Origin: Channa argus
Taxonomy: Eukaryota
Direction of reading: 5' to 3'
Assembly: GCF_033026475.1 (NCBI RefSeq)
Contig: NC_090211.1
Span: 3,849,726 to 3,913,725 of the forward strand
DNA length: 64,000 nucleotides
Position 1 is the stretch's first letter, and each line of letters starts with the position of its first letter. Shown here piece after piece: positions 23,811 through 37,925 of the stretch. The notes under the pieces were generated by a model. The model saw nothing but the letters and a program-made list of their open reading frames with translations. It had not been told where the DNA came from and did not search any database. The translations under genes and the position numbers were made by a program.

Positions 23811-25236
23811 CACGACTTGTCTAAATCTCTGTCTAATTTGAGTGTGTCATGTTTGCCTTAATGACACACGAGGAAGAATGGAAACACAAAAAGACTTTTA
23901 CATGCAGAACCCCGATTTTCATAAATGGCAAATGTAGAATTTCAGCATAGATTTCTCTTTCTGACTGTATGTTTCTGATAGTTGGGAGTTTTATTAGTCC
24001 ATTTATATATGTTATATTAGTCTTTATTAGTTTTATTTTCTAGGGCTGCAATTAAATGATTATCAGCTATTCTCCTGCCTATTTTTTCATTCATTGTTCT
24101 GTTTTTAATGTCAGAAAATCGTGTAAAGTTGCTTCATTTCTCAAAGTCTAAGATGGTGCATGCAAATTTCATTCAACGTTTTTTGACCAGCAGTCCAAAA
24201 CACAAAGGTATTAAGTTTACAGTCGGGAACAAAAAAAGGAAGCAAATAACATGCAAATCTTTGAGAAGCAAATATATACATATATAACTTTCTGTTGATC
24301 GGGTGATCGATTAGTTGACAGATCACTGTAACACTTTTGTAAAATAAATAAAAATCTAACATGCATGTCTTTGGACTTGGAAACCAGGAGGCCAGAGTAC
24401 CTGAATGAAACCCACGCAGCCAGCAGGTAGGTTTGAATCACAGACCTTTTAGCTGTAATGTGGCAGCACTAACCATCACCATTATGGCAACTCAGAATAA
24501 TCAATAAAGAAAATAGGTGTTCGTTACAGCTCTAAAGCAAATGGCTCAACTTTTTAATATATAAGTAGAGTGTAAGTTTTAACTTAATGATGAAGATGAA
24601 TTTTAAATGCATTTCTCCACTCATACATGAATACAGCAGAATCCATGAAAATCTAGTTCTCATAAAGGTCTGAATTGAGACTGTGAGCTTGAAGATCTGA
24701 TTTGTTATGATTCTGGTTAGGATCAGTCACTGTAAGTGGATCAGAACTGGATCTGGGCTAGAAGAAAAACCTTTCCCTTATTTTGTATCCACACATGGAA
24801 GCAGGCACGAGAGCTGCTGTGGTCCAGTCTGGAGTACTATGAAAGATAATCTGATCTGTTTTTCTCATTTTTTTCCTCTCAGGCTCTGGATACTCACCAC
24901 ATCATTCCTTCTTCCTCCAGTCACATCAACAGTAGCTCTACTAACTGCCAACCACCCGTCTGACCTTGGATATAACATTTCCCCTGAAATAAAGACTGTA
25001 ACAAAGAAACATCTGACCAGGAAATTAAGCAGCAGAAAGGTTTTCCATCTTTCTGGTCTTGAAGGGCACATCACAGTGAGAATTTTTTTGTGCCTCGGGT
25101 TGTTGCTGGGCTTTCTACTGAGCGGAAGTGGAGGGCCTCACCTGAGTCAGGTCCAAGTCTCTGGTGCTCAGCATGAGGCTCTAAGAAGGAAGCAGCGTTT
25201 TAAATAAAGCTTATTGAAAACTGAGGAGGGGGGAGC

Positions 25237-25330
25237 ATGGGAAAAGAGCAGGACCTGCTGCAGGCAGTGAAGACCGGAGACCTGCTGTCCACTCAGAAGT
25301 TGTTATCCAAGCTCAAATCCAACAGGAACA
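25237..25330 (+). CDS. caskin2: caskin2-like first coding exon: MGKEQDLLQAVKTGDLLSTQKLLSKLKSNRN; donor a|gtaagt, ends in phase 1
   Basis: N-terminus resembles the recalled CASKIN2 N-terminus [32 protein letters not shown]. Strong GTAAGT donor. The frame continues into the exon at 51777. Confidence 0.7.
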
Positions 25331-28300
25331 GTAAGTACACCTGATGCTGCTGCTTTGATACTGATGCTTGTCTAAAGTTCTTCACAGGTCACCTGATGCC
25401 ATTATAATATCACCTAATGTTGTATTTTTTTGGCCAACACATCTTGAGCTGAGCTGGTTGATGTTGATGTGGAGAACAAAATGATTTTAGTTGCAAAGAT
25501 AGTGCTGTGAAATTCAACTTGAGTTAGCTTGCATAGTTTGCTTTTCTTAGTTGTCTTTAATGAAGTATTTCCAAACCTTTCCTAATTGACTTTTTAAAGC
25601 AGTGTTTTGCCTTGTTGCCAGCAACAGACGAGGGTTTCGCCATGATAAAGTTGTTTTACAGGTGGAAATTGTTCACATAAAGGCTGTTATATAAGCAGTT
25701 TACCTATAGTCCTTTACAGGTTAAACTCAGCTGAAGCAGAATGCTAAATATTGCAGTAAACAAAAACATTACTTAAATATGTAGTATGCAACATTTGTCA
25801 CATATTATTAATAGAGACATGCTCCATAACTCATCTTAATGTGGAGAGTTAAGCTTCAGGTGACACAGACTCAGTGAACATCACTGGGAGCAGTGCGGAG
25901 ATATTCCCATTTAAAAGGTTTAAAAGTGAGGTTCGCTCTACTGACCGATCAGAGAAGAACAATTAATACCACATGAATATATTTTGTAATATTGTTTTTT
26001 TTTTTTGCAATTTCATAAGTAAGACTACCTGTAGGGCTGTGCAGGGTGTAAAGAGTAAAGTGAAGCTGTTTGAGAGCAGAGAGGGAGGACTGGCATAGCA
26101 TGCAGGATTGATGCAAAGTCTCATGTTAGTGGAAGCTTTTAGTAAGTTGCACAGTAACTTTCAGCGTTTGTTTCACAAAGCTTTCCTACACATTTTGTGT
26201 AGCCATGCTTGTTTGGAGTAATTCCAGCCTGAGTGGTTTAGATGGTGGAATGTTTGATTGAATCTCATTGACTGTTGCTCCTCTTAGTTAAATTTCAGTA
26301 GCATAAATTTACATCTGTAACTGGCAATTTGATAAATTCTGTTTACGCCACAGTACCTTTGCATACTCATACCTTTGCATGAAATGTATGCTATTTAATA
26401 TGCCTCTCTGGTCGCTTGCTAGGCTCTTTTGTCCTGAACTTTCATACATCTTCCTGTTTTGATTGGTATTATTATGGTTTCAGAGGAGAGCCATTATGCA
26501 GCTGAGATGGTTTTGGTTTCTTTTACAAGCAAAACATTCAGGAGGAACTTTGAGGTTCTTAGGATTAAAATAATCAAATATGGAAGCACTGAGAGAAAAC
26601 ACTGAATTTAAATTCCAAATTAAGCTGCTGGGAGCTTCAGTTTTTCTTTTTTCCGCTTTTCTTCATTTTTTTTTTATCAGTTTTTCTCTCTGCAGCTGTG
26701 GCTATTGGAGCTCAATTGTTTCACTTAGCATAAAGTTTTTCTCTTGCAGAGAAAGACAGAAACTCTAGCAGAGAGGCAGGAAAGTGATCATTTTGTTGAC
26801 TTTTGTCTCCTAGTGTTTTCATTTGTACAAAAACCTCTGGGTCTAAATTGATTCTGATTTGAGTGAGCTGAAGCCAGCAGCTCGAAGTTCAGAAATGATG
26901 AAAGCCGTTTGATTGCTACTCTGAGCTTCAAAAAACAATGTATCATAAGCCTTTTTCGCATATGAACTCCAGACAATGTCAGGAGAAATCAGCTACAGAC
27001 TGAAAATTCACTGTTCTTTCACTGGTTTCAACATGTATGGAAGCAAGTGGAAAGGCCATATTGGCATTTATTGATAATGTCTAGCTGATGGAAGCAATAG
27101 GAAAGCAGATGTATACATTGTCAGATTTAGCCTAATGTGTGAAAGCCTAATGGATGACATTTTATTGTACAGTAGCATAATGATTCTAAGCAAATAGCAG
27201 ACTCTTTAGGGTGAAGAGGTGAAATATTCTTGCCTGGCCAAGTCAGAGGTCAGAGAGACCTCCCACCAGACAAGAGCTAATGGTGGCTGAAGCAAAGGTC
27301 TATGAGAACATCACCAAGAACTGTACAATCTGAAACATCTGAATCTATTTATTGAAGACTTCAGGCAGTCATTGACTCCAAAGGATTTTTTAAAGATGAT
27401 TATTTGCCATTTTAGCCTTATTATTATTATTTATACATAGTTAGTGAATATATAGACTAGAAATATGGGAGAGAGATTGTTAAGAAATAATGTTTACACA
27501 AATGTAAGCTAATTTCAATTAAAGAATATGTGTAACTATCCAAATAGACTTGACCGCATCCAACTTTATATCTGCTGCTGTCCTTAAATTTAAAATGAGC
27601 TAATATTTTCCATGAATTGTTAATATTTAGGGTGAGACAGATAAATCTATATGACACAGGCCTGCAAAAATGTTTTTAGTTAAAATTGGATGGGATTTAG
27701 ACTTTTATGGAAGAATAATTTCTGAACAACATTTGAAACCTCTGCTTCACTTAATTTAGCCCTTTGTAGTTGTCTTATCATTGCCCTACTACCTGACAGT
27801 CAGTTTTGTTTTCTCTTTGACTAAGTAAGGAGAGAGGTCGCCCTAGGGTGAGTAGGAGGTCAGTCTTTATCAGACAGAAAACCTTTTACATATCACAGGA
27901 TCTTACTCACAGCTGATGTCTACTGTCATTAGTGAACCCTGACCTCCAAGGATAAATGTAGTGAGTGCCAAGAGGTGAAAACTTCGAGGATGGGTCAGCA
28001 AATGATGTGTTGAACAAACATGGACAGGATGTTGAAGCTGAAGCAACATGTTACATACAGCCAGTGTTACATACTTAACCCTTAGTATATGATGTTGGGA
28101 TGTTTGGTAACTCTGACGGGCAACAGTTGCAACAAGCATTGCATTTCAAACATGAGAAACTGTGATCTGTACGTTTCCCAAAGCACAATACTGTTTCTCA
28201 CTGAAAATTGGGTGAGGAACACTAGGGAAATAGGATTGCCTGCGTTGTTCCTTATCACTGCTGATCAGTAAGCCAAGAGGCATGGCAAAAGGGTTTGGAG

Positions 28301-31300
28301 GACAGACAGGCTAGTTTGGCCGGAGTGTCTATTTTGGAACATGAGGAATATTCTGAACAAGAGGATCATGTCTCTGTCAATTCAGAGAGCGCGATTGTCA
28401 GCCAGCCTGTACGCATCTAGGCTGTACACACACAACCCCAGAACCAGCACTTACACAGACAGCACCAGAGCCCCATTCTTCACTTCAGAGGATGGCTGCA
28501 AAGAAGAGGTACTGTGAGCTGTGTGGCCCAAAAAAAGACAGGACAATACGATACAAATGTGTTGTATCGTATTGTAAATGCAGCAAATCTAATTGTAACA
28601 GAGAGTAACAAAGAGTCAAAATCTGTCCCTTATGTGAGGTTTAGAAATCAAATTTGTACTGGTGAGCATGTCTTTTTTACATGGCCTGTCCATTTATGAG
28701 CAAAAGAAACAAAGATTATAACATTCAGTACTATCCTTCAAAGTAAGGCAGTAATTTCCCACCCAAAATATTGTCATTGTTATATTTAACTATACATGCC
28801 ATTCAAATAGATTGTAAATGAGATGAAGAGAAACTTTTACACTGTCTGAAATTTTTTTTTTTTCAGTTTTGATATAAATGTTTATAAGTAGGTTTTCATA
28901 TAAAAACCCTCAATGTTCCACATCCAGTAGATTGTGTAATCAAAATATGAAGATCACACAATGGTTAGTCACAATAACTTCACATTTATTTACACATTTG
29001 GACTTGAACACTCAAGTTGCGGGCACTGCCCACCTCGACAGAGGAGACTCAAAGGCTCACAGTTGCATGACATAGGAAAGTTGAGACAGAAACAAAGAGT
29101 TTCTACATGAGATCCAATCCACTGAATTGGCATTGGTACCCAAACCACCATTTATGTGTATCAAGTAGAGATGTTCTGGATCGGTATCAGAGCCAATCTG
29201 AGAACATTTTAATGGATTGCTATTGGCTAAAATAAAGCTGATCAAATGCAGATCCCTCTATAATTACTACTGCTGCAGTTCTGAACCTGGGGGTCTACTA
29301 CTTTTTTTGTCAAGGAAGGGGAGAGCTGCTCTCGAAGGGGGTTTTATTTTACTTGAGTCGACCACAGTATCTGGCAGTAATGGAGACAGTTACAGTGATA
29401 ACTATGTATCTGTAAATGTGTTGAATTTTTGTGGACTTTGTGGTTGAGACTGATCAGGTTAGAAGCTTAAGGCACTTTAAAAGAAAACATCCAACAGAAA
29501 ATAACAACTTCTCCCCAAACAGAGAGCACTATTTGGGCAAATGTAAGTATTAGATTGGACTAGATAGATAATGAAGGATCAGGATTAGGGCCAAGAAAGC
29601 TTAAATGGGACATCACTAGTATTATTATTTATCAGATGTAACCAATCTATACTCTTCCTTGTCACTGTTTTTTAATATTCAGGCCCTGAATATAGTAGAG
29701 TTTGAACGCTGGCAATTATTGTAATTTCCATATAATGTGAATACAGTATTATCCTCACATCAGTGGTGGGTGTAGATGGTGATTCAGACCTCTGTCTCTC
29801 AGTGTCGTAGACAGTATTGTAACATTTAAAGTGTTGGATAGTATTGTTAGTGTTGGATGGTCTCCTCAACCAGCTGACAGGCATAAACTGCTCCCCGAGG
29901 GTCTTCCTGAGACTGTCACATGACTCCTATCTATTATTCACCACCTTAACACACCCAATCCATCACCTTAATATGTTACATGAGAACTTTTTCAGCCATT
30001 GTTACTGAAGACAGCAGCCTATTAAAATGATAGGTCCTCTATTGTGAGAAATCTTCTATCCTCCGCCTAAGATAGAAAATGTGTTATATTCTTTACTTTT
30101 AGAAGGACTTTGCTCCTTTTGCTTATTGCAAAATCAACAATGATACAATCTTTTCCGGCTATTTCCTATGATTTTTTTTAGGGGCATGTTTGACCCAGAC
30201 TCTCTCCCTCTGACATCTGGTACTTCAGTATCAACCCCATGCCCAACTGCTATCGCCCAAATCACAGGGAACTCCCAGATGCTGCTCAGCCAGGATTAAG
30301 TGGAATTATAGCCCTGGGGAGGGAACGGGGTCCAGCTCTGTTTATCAGGCACTGTGGAATCTCATTCTTGTTGCCCTGCTATTTACAGTCAGCACACTGT
30401 GAATATACTGCTCTGTTAAATTAGATTTTAACGGACTAATCTCATAACCTCAATTTATTTACCATGTGTTCAATTTCTCTAAAATCTACAGTTGTAAAAT
30501 GTAAAAGCCTCATTTTTAGGTCTGCTATCTAAACAATTATTGTTTTCATTATCAGTGTAGAAATTAGGATTTCTTATACGAATCACTGCAATTTACTTTC
30601 CATCCAAATGTACTGCAAATTTTAACCAGATTTGAGAAAACAATACAAAAAAAAAAAATGCAGATTTTTGCTTTCGGAGCTGATTCTCCTGTAGGTGCCA
30701 TTAAGATATTATAAGACATAGTGTGATGATTTTGTTGAAAGAGCTCCAGTCATATCTCAAACAATGGTAAAGACTGTGGAAACAAATGATGTTGCTGTTA
30801 GTTTTATGTAGCAGTTAAAGGAAGGTTACAGTCACCTCATCCTCCCACACGGATCTGGTGTTTTCTGGTAATCAGAGACTGTTTAGACTTTTTTTTTCAC
30901 TTAATCTGGTAAATTAAATTGCTATACATATTACGTATTTATTGTTTTGAAGGGAACTGAAGCAAATTCAGCCTTTGACCTAACTGTCTTACATATTTTA
31001 TTTTATAAGTCTCGTTTCATGTCAGTAGCATCATGAAAACTCCTCTTCTCACTTAAAATTTTGGTCTGGTGGGGTTTTAGACACTTTAACCACAAACAAA
31101 AGCAATGGCTTATAACATCCCCATCTGTCTTTCTTTACCAGAAGTGTGCCACAGGAGGCATTATTATTGACCCAGTGGAGTGATGTTTGCTGTTAAAGCT
31201 CATTGACATCCTATTATTGGAGCATCGTAAACCTGTCACCCCTCAATGAAAAATCTGGGCCGTTGAGAATGAATAAAAACAGCTAGTGGCGTGTTTGAGT

Positions 31301-34300
31301 CTCTGCTGAGAGACGGGGTGGACTAATGCCTACTCTGGATATCTGCTGTCTTTTCACACATATCTGCCTCATGTTTAATTCATGAGTTTGGGTTCAAACT
31401 CGGCCCAGCCAATCATCTCCCACAAAATCTTCCCACTCTTAAGCGTTGGCAGAGGCCTTGTTTCATTATGGACTATTTTACACTGCAGTTTCTCCGAAAA
31501 GTTCTTTCACCTTTTTCTGCTTTGATGGATCTCACTTGTTTTATTTTAGGAATCTGAGAGTACAGTTAATCAGTCTTAACTGGCCCTAAATGTTCTCAGA
31601 GTAATGATTTTTTAGCTTCTCTTTTAGGCTTCGGAGGAAAATCCTTGTATGAACTTTCCATCTTAGGAAATCATTCCTATATGTGCTAATATGGACGACT
31701 CCTTACCTGTTACAGACTGTAGGAATGTGTTGAAGGAGGAGAGATTGGAACAGAGGTATTTAAAAGATACTATTTTACTAGGAGATCACAGGTTCCAAAG
31801 ACTAACTTTTGGCAACAAAGAAGAGTCTATAAAAAAACTATTATCTTGCTGGTTCTGCTGCATTAGAATTAATTTACAACATTGTAGGAATGAAATTATA
31901 AATTTGTAGTAAACGTACCATTAGTTAAAGGGAAATGTAATTAGTATGCCACAGCCTATGGAACATTACTGCATGTACATGACAGTACAGATTTAGTACA
32001 GCACCCAAACCTTTGCACATGCTTTAATTACTTTGGCTCAGGGCTTAGGATGTTAATCGTCCTTTGGACCTTTGTTGTTACTTTCTCTTTATCCCGTGTT
32101 GTCTCCCGTCTGTAGAATTTGTGTTTAATGAAGGCATAAATCACACCTGTCTATCTTGTGGCTGAAAAGTGGTGACATATCACTCTGTTCCAGGGGTTGT
32201 TCTCTGAGTCTTGTACAGGCACTGTAGGACTTGTTTTAGTTATGAGTCTGATACACCAACAATATAAAGCCAGGTTTGCAATTGCAGTTTTCGCTGCTTG
32301 CTGTCAACTGTCTTGTTTTTCCTGCTGACTTATGGGGAATAAATGAGTCATTTGAAATGCTATGTATGTAACTGGAACAAATTCAGAGCTTCACACCCTT
32401 ACTGATGCTCTATTCCCCCACTAAAGAAAACCCAGAAACAGGATGTTTTCTTTACATAATATGTTCAGTATGTTGAAAGGTCAAGCATTTACAGAGGACT
32501 GTTTGTGAGGTAATCAGTCATCAATCTCACTCTGTTGAAGTTTAGAGAGTTGCTCTATTTCTACCCTCATCACAAAACACCAAACTACTGTTTAAACCAA
32601 GGGGATAATGAGGCAGGAAATTTCCACTCTCTCCCAGACAAGACAAGTTTGAGGGAAAGTGTTAAAACCTTTCAGACAGTGCATGAAACTCTTTCTGTGT
32701 TTGAGCTGATAGTGTTTGCCTGTCAACTTTGGTGTTGGCGTGTTAAATGTTTAATTGATCCACTAAACAGACAGCTTGCTTATGGCCTTTGGGCTTGGCT
32801 AGTCATACCTCTGAAGGGAATACAAAGCTCTTGTGTGTGTTGAGACTGAGGGGCCCCTAATGACCTCTGGCTGTCAAGGGTTTCAGTCCTGACTCTGACG
32901 TAACAGAAAGAAAAAAAAGATAAGACATGGGTAGTGGCTATGCATGCTTATTGTTTTTTAGCTTAGGGCATGTATTTATCCAGCATGTTTTCAATGTGAC
33001 TAAAACCAGAACTACCTCTGAGTTGCATATTAATCTTTCTTTCTGTTAAGTTCTGTTTGTCCCATGTATTTTCTTCTGCAAAGATTCTTAATGCCTATTG
33101 GTGTCAATGTGAGAATGAATGGTTTGTCTGTGTATGACTTGCACAAACTTAAGTAACTGAACTGGGTCCTGAAAATCTGCGTATACATGCAGCAGAAAAG
33201 TAATCAGATTTCTACCCATCTTGGAATTATTTTGGAAGCCTGGCACACAGAGTATAATGTATAATGACAGAAAATGTTGCTTTCTGACTTTTTTATGTGC
33301 GTATGTATCTCGGCAGAGTGACGGCGCAGGGGAATAGAAACAATAAAAAAGGGGGAGACACACAGCTGATCTACAACAGGAACTGCCTGAACTTTAAAAC
33401 TCTGTGGGGGAAAGTAGACGTTTTGTTAGTTACATTGTTTGTTGGACTTTAGGCAGACTTTGTGTTAAACATAAGGTGGCATAAACGCCCTCTCCTTTCA
33501 TTCAGCTTTTCATTCAGCTGCATGTTCCTCTCTGCATCCTTTAATTATGCACATGCATAGATGGAGAAAGTCGATTAAAAACCAGGTTATGCGAATACAC
33601 GGCAAAAAAAATTGTTCTCCAGGAGAAGAACGCTGATTCCGTAAACCAGCTTTCCCGAGAAAGCCAACTGTGACCTGGTTACTTAAGTCCATGTAAACAC
33701 ACTCTATGTCTCCCTGAGTTGGCCCTGAGATACACCAGTGACCGGGGTATACCCTGCCCAGGGACAGTTTGGATAGACTCTTAACAGCACAAGCAGTTAA
33801 AATAGTTGATGGGTATATATGCAAAAACGTTTCCTAAATAAATTACTAATATTGCAAGCAAGTATATTGGGGTCCAAGCATTATTCACAAATTACCATAG
33901 GACCCAAGCTGCAGTGTGCTTATATCCATTTAATTTACAGTCAGGTTTTTGGAGAAAGCTGATTTCTTACCCAGTATTTTACTGGGAAATCTGGTTTCAG
34001 GTAGATTTCTTCTGGAGAAACCCAATTTCTCTGCCATGTATCGCTCCTGTGCCATTGCAGACAGGGCAGTGAACGGCTGACTGAAAGAAGGGGATTGTTG
34101 ATGGACCTCATTTTATGTCAAAGTCTGACTGAAAATGAATCCGACAGGTGTTCTTTGGCTCACCCATGGTCACTCTGCAGCAACACAAACACCCAGCGAA
34201 AAATAGAAAAAAGAATTTCAGAAAGCAGTGTTTCTGAAACTGTACTGTTACAGTCTGTGATCTAGGTTTCGAAAATTGGTCAGAGAAGAACTTTTTTTAA

Positions 34301-37300
34301 CTCGGAGTTTTTTAGTTAAAGTACTGTCCCCTCAAATTCCAAATAAAAAAAAAAAATATATATATAATTTTAGACAATGTTATGCAGTAGTGTGAGAGCT
34401 GAATTGCTAAGTCAACTAAATTATTAGTTAATCGACAGAAAATTAATTCTACAATTGTTGGCTGTGACAGACTCTAAATTTGTTTCCGAGGTAAAGCTGC
34501 TTTTTGCATCTCACACAAGGCCAGTTTTCAGTAAAACAGTAATTTGTAATCCGCTCTTGCCACTTCTTACATATCCTAACAGGGTTATGCCCATGGAGAT
34601 CGAAATATCAGAACAGATGGGAGTCATTTCTTAGTTGATAAAATACCAGAAACTGTTCTCTCACATGTTAATTTTTGGTCAGTAAGGATTTATTTCCTGC
34701 TCTGAGTCTCTTGGTTTACTACAGACATTATTTTCAGCTAAACTAATTAAACCAAATAGAGTTTTAAAACAAATTTTCTAGCATCTGGGATGTCTGCTGA
34801 ACTCTTGTTGAACTGATGCTCTCAAGCTGATAGTTTATTTAGTTTTCTTATTTTTCACATAAACACCTTCTCAAATATAATTGCCTGTGCCTGTGAGCAT
34901 GCCCATAGCCGAGGAAACCATTCCTCTCTTCAGTTCTTATAGATGCTTTGAAATGAAACCCAGAAGATAATGAATCTAGTTGGAGGCTATAGCCTGTGTA
35001 TATTGTGTCGTGGGATGCAGTGTGTGCGGCAGAGTAATGGCTGCTGCTTATTTGGTGCGTTATGTAATAGATGTTCTGCAACAGGTTGTCTTGTTGGTTG
35101 GCTTCCTCTTTTCTAACTTTCAAGCCAAACACTTTTTATCTATGACATTGCAAAATGTGACTTTTGCTTTAAATAACGCACAGAATACATTCAGAAAAAC
35201 AACTTCTAAAGACTAAGGAAGAGTGCTTATTGTGAACATCTTGACACCGTAGTTACACATGTGCATTACGTGTATAAAATCTGAACCTGGCTAAAAATTG
35301 GGCATGCAGCTTCTATAGACAGGATTTTTTTATAATTTTTTTATACAGTTTTATAATGTGATAAATAAACGCAGACTTATAATATTTCGTGACATTGTTG
35401 TTTGTTTATCTTTAAAAAGCTATTTTTCCATTTCGAAGCAGCTGCTTTTAAAATGATGTACAAGCACCTCAAATAATGCCCAGCATCCTTTTTGATGATG
35501 TCTGTGTGTAAGGAGGTTAAGCTGTTCTTGATAAGTCTGTCTTTCTTTGGACAAAGCTCTCATTTTCTGCTGTTAAGCGGGTTGTCTTGTTTGACTACTA
35601 AGTTTTGATTAGACTCTCTGTATAAGGAACATTTCCCACTGAGCATGAGTGGAATTCCGAAAGCACTAATTTAGGTCAAAATTGTGGTAAGATGCTCGAA
35701 ATAGTTGTATTTTCCCTGAGAAAACATAGCTTGTTTGCAAGTATGCAGGTTTTCATATTCCAATATCTTAAAACTAATAAAAGTTTTATAATCAGTGCAG
35801 TTAAAGACAAGTACAGCTGTGTACTCGAAGGTAAAAGTTTAATTTATTTCTTTCCCCCAAATCCCCAGAGTTGTATCTGTGCCAACCATTGTCAGAGCAG
35901 CAGAGGGAATTTGAATGCAGAGGGAAGAATAGAGGGGGTGATGTCATGGTGTCGGAATGTGGACCCCAGAGCAATACCTTCGATCCCCCTTTTCCTTGGA
36001 ATTTAACTCGGGTGAAATACAGTGTACAGAGGGTTTCCTAAAGTTTTCAACAGACGACAATGAGAAAACAAGCATGACCTCAGGCCTACTGCTCCATTGC
36101 CACTAGACTCCTGCTGCTCTTTCCCAGTGAAGCTTTAATATGACTTCAAACATATTCTGACTCAGAGGCTGAAAAAGTGGAAAGGGTTTTTGTGAATGAT
36201 GTAGAAGTTTTGGGCTGCAGGGCAGACAATAAGAACTTTCATTGTTCATTTTGGTACCCGACTAATGTAGTTTTTAAGAAATGTGCATTTTGTTTTTCAC
36301 ATGCTAGTCATTTGATTATTATTAGTTTAACTCAAATGTCCTTTAAAATGTAGTGTTGTGCATTTTTTCTTTTTGTGGCTTCTGTTGGCTATTGATGTTT
36401 GCAAGTGCATTTATCCATAGTCTTTCAGAGTCAACACACATAGTATTTTGTTACTCTATAAGTAGTTTCTAGAGCCTGGTGTAATGTTTTTTGTGCCAAG
36501 GAGCAAATGAACTAAAATTGAGCTCCTAGTGTCTTTACTGCAGAAACAGCCAAGAATCCCAGCTGTCACAGATGAGGAGCTCAGAAAAGTCTGAGAAAAA
36601 GATTCTGACTTCTTCACCAGTCTGTCAAGAGAGAGTCTGTCACTGATAACATTTAGTAATGTGGATTATGAGCATTACCTTATATATGTAAATAATATGT
36701 TATATGTATTTAATTAAAACTTTGATGAGAAATCGGCAGAAAATATGCAGTATCATGGTATATATTGTTATCAGGACAGAAATTAACGACATGGGCATAT
36801 GAAATGCTGGTCATATTGCATTGTCAAGTAAAGAAGACTCAACTCTAGCTGCTACTGAGCAGTGGAAAAAATAAGATGGAGTATTCAAGTGATCACTGTT
36901 ATTAAAAACAAAACGATATTGTGCTACAGAAAGCGATGTTCAGACGTTAAACCGTGATATGTCTTAGATAATCTTTGACTTACATAAAGTGATGAACAGA
37001 GGAGTTACAGAGTTATACTATCAGTTTTAGCTCAGTTTGAGTTGTTTCCTCCTTTCATTCATGCTCTGAGACAGTTGATAACTTGATTTAAATGCAAAAT
37101 AACTTTGCACATTGTTTTTCTTCCTCCACAAATTTCCCCAAATGTTGTACCTGCTGACACACCATTCACACTATCTTTACATCTACTACACTTGTAGGGT
37201 TATCATGATTAACCGCACCCAGACCAGTCACATGCTGGACGCTTGAATGGTGGTGGTGGTGCAGTCCAGTGGTATGACTGTCCAAAAAGATGGAGGCGTG

Positions 37301-37597
37301 TCTGTAAGGAAAAGTCCGTTCTGAGCAAAGGAACGGGTGTGGAGCCAAGCTCACATCCCCCTGAACAATAAGTGTGGCGTGCTGAACCATTTCTTGTTTT
37401 AAGTTCAGATAGAAACAGGAACTCCACACTCCACCCTAAGACACTTCACTGGGAAAACAATACTCAAAAGGCTTCACAGAACACAGATGACTTTCTGTGG
37501 GTGCCATTTGTTCTATTCTTTGTTTTGAGAATTAACACAAAAGTTATATTTAAGCAGCTTTGAATTTATGAATGTTAGTTTTGGGCAGCATGTTTGT

Positions 37598-37925
37598 GGA
37601 GCTGTTGGCGCTTCCACCTCACAGCTAGAAGGTCATGGGTTTGCATTCCCGGACGGCTGCTGCCTTTCTGTGTGGAGATTGCATGTTCTTTCCATGCTTG
37701 CGTGCGTGTCCTCCGGATACTCCGGTTTCCTCCCACATTTGAAAGACATACATGTTAGGTTAATTGGTGACTCTAAATTGCCTGTAGTTGTGAATAGTTG
37801 TCTGTCTATGTAGCTCCCTCTATGTTGGCCCTGAGATTGACTGGTAACCTGTCCAGGGTGGACCCCGCCTCTCGCCTTATGGCAGCTGGGACAGGCTCCA
37901 GCCCCACAGCGACCCTAAACGTCTA
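37598..37925 (+). mobile_element. Full-length SINE family B copy: tRNA-like head, the tgtgtggagattgcatgttc core, and a tail ...ccagggtggaccccgcctctcgcc...cgaccctaaacg
   Basis: Homologous to 1343..1550 and 61303..61586. The spurious ORF 37568..37813 lies inside it. Confidence 0.75.

Noticed and set aside
24707-25207. 166-aa ORF just upstream of the caskin2 ATG
   Set aside because: Low-complexity with no recognisable domain. It ends in a stop 29 bp before the well-supported MGKEQDLL start and is not in frame with it. It more likely lies in the 5' UTR or intron.
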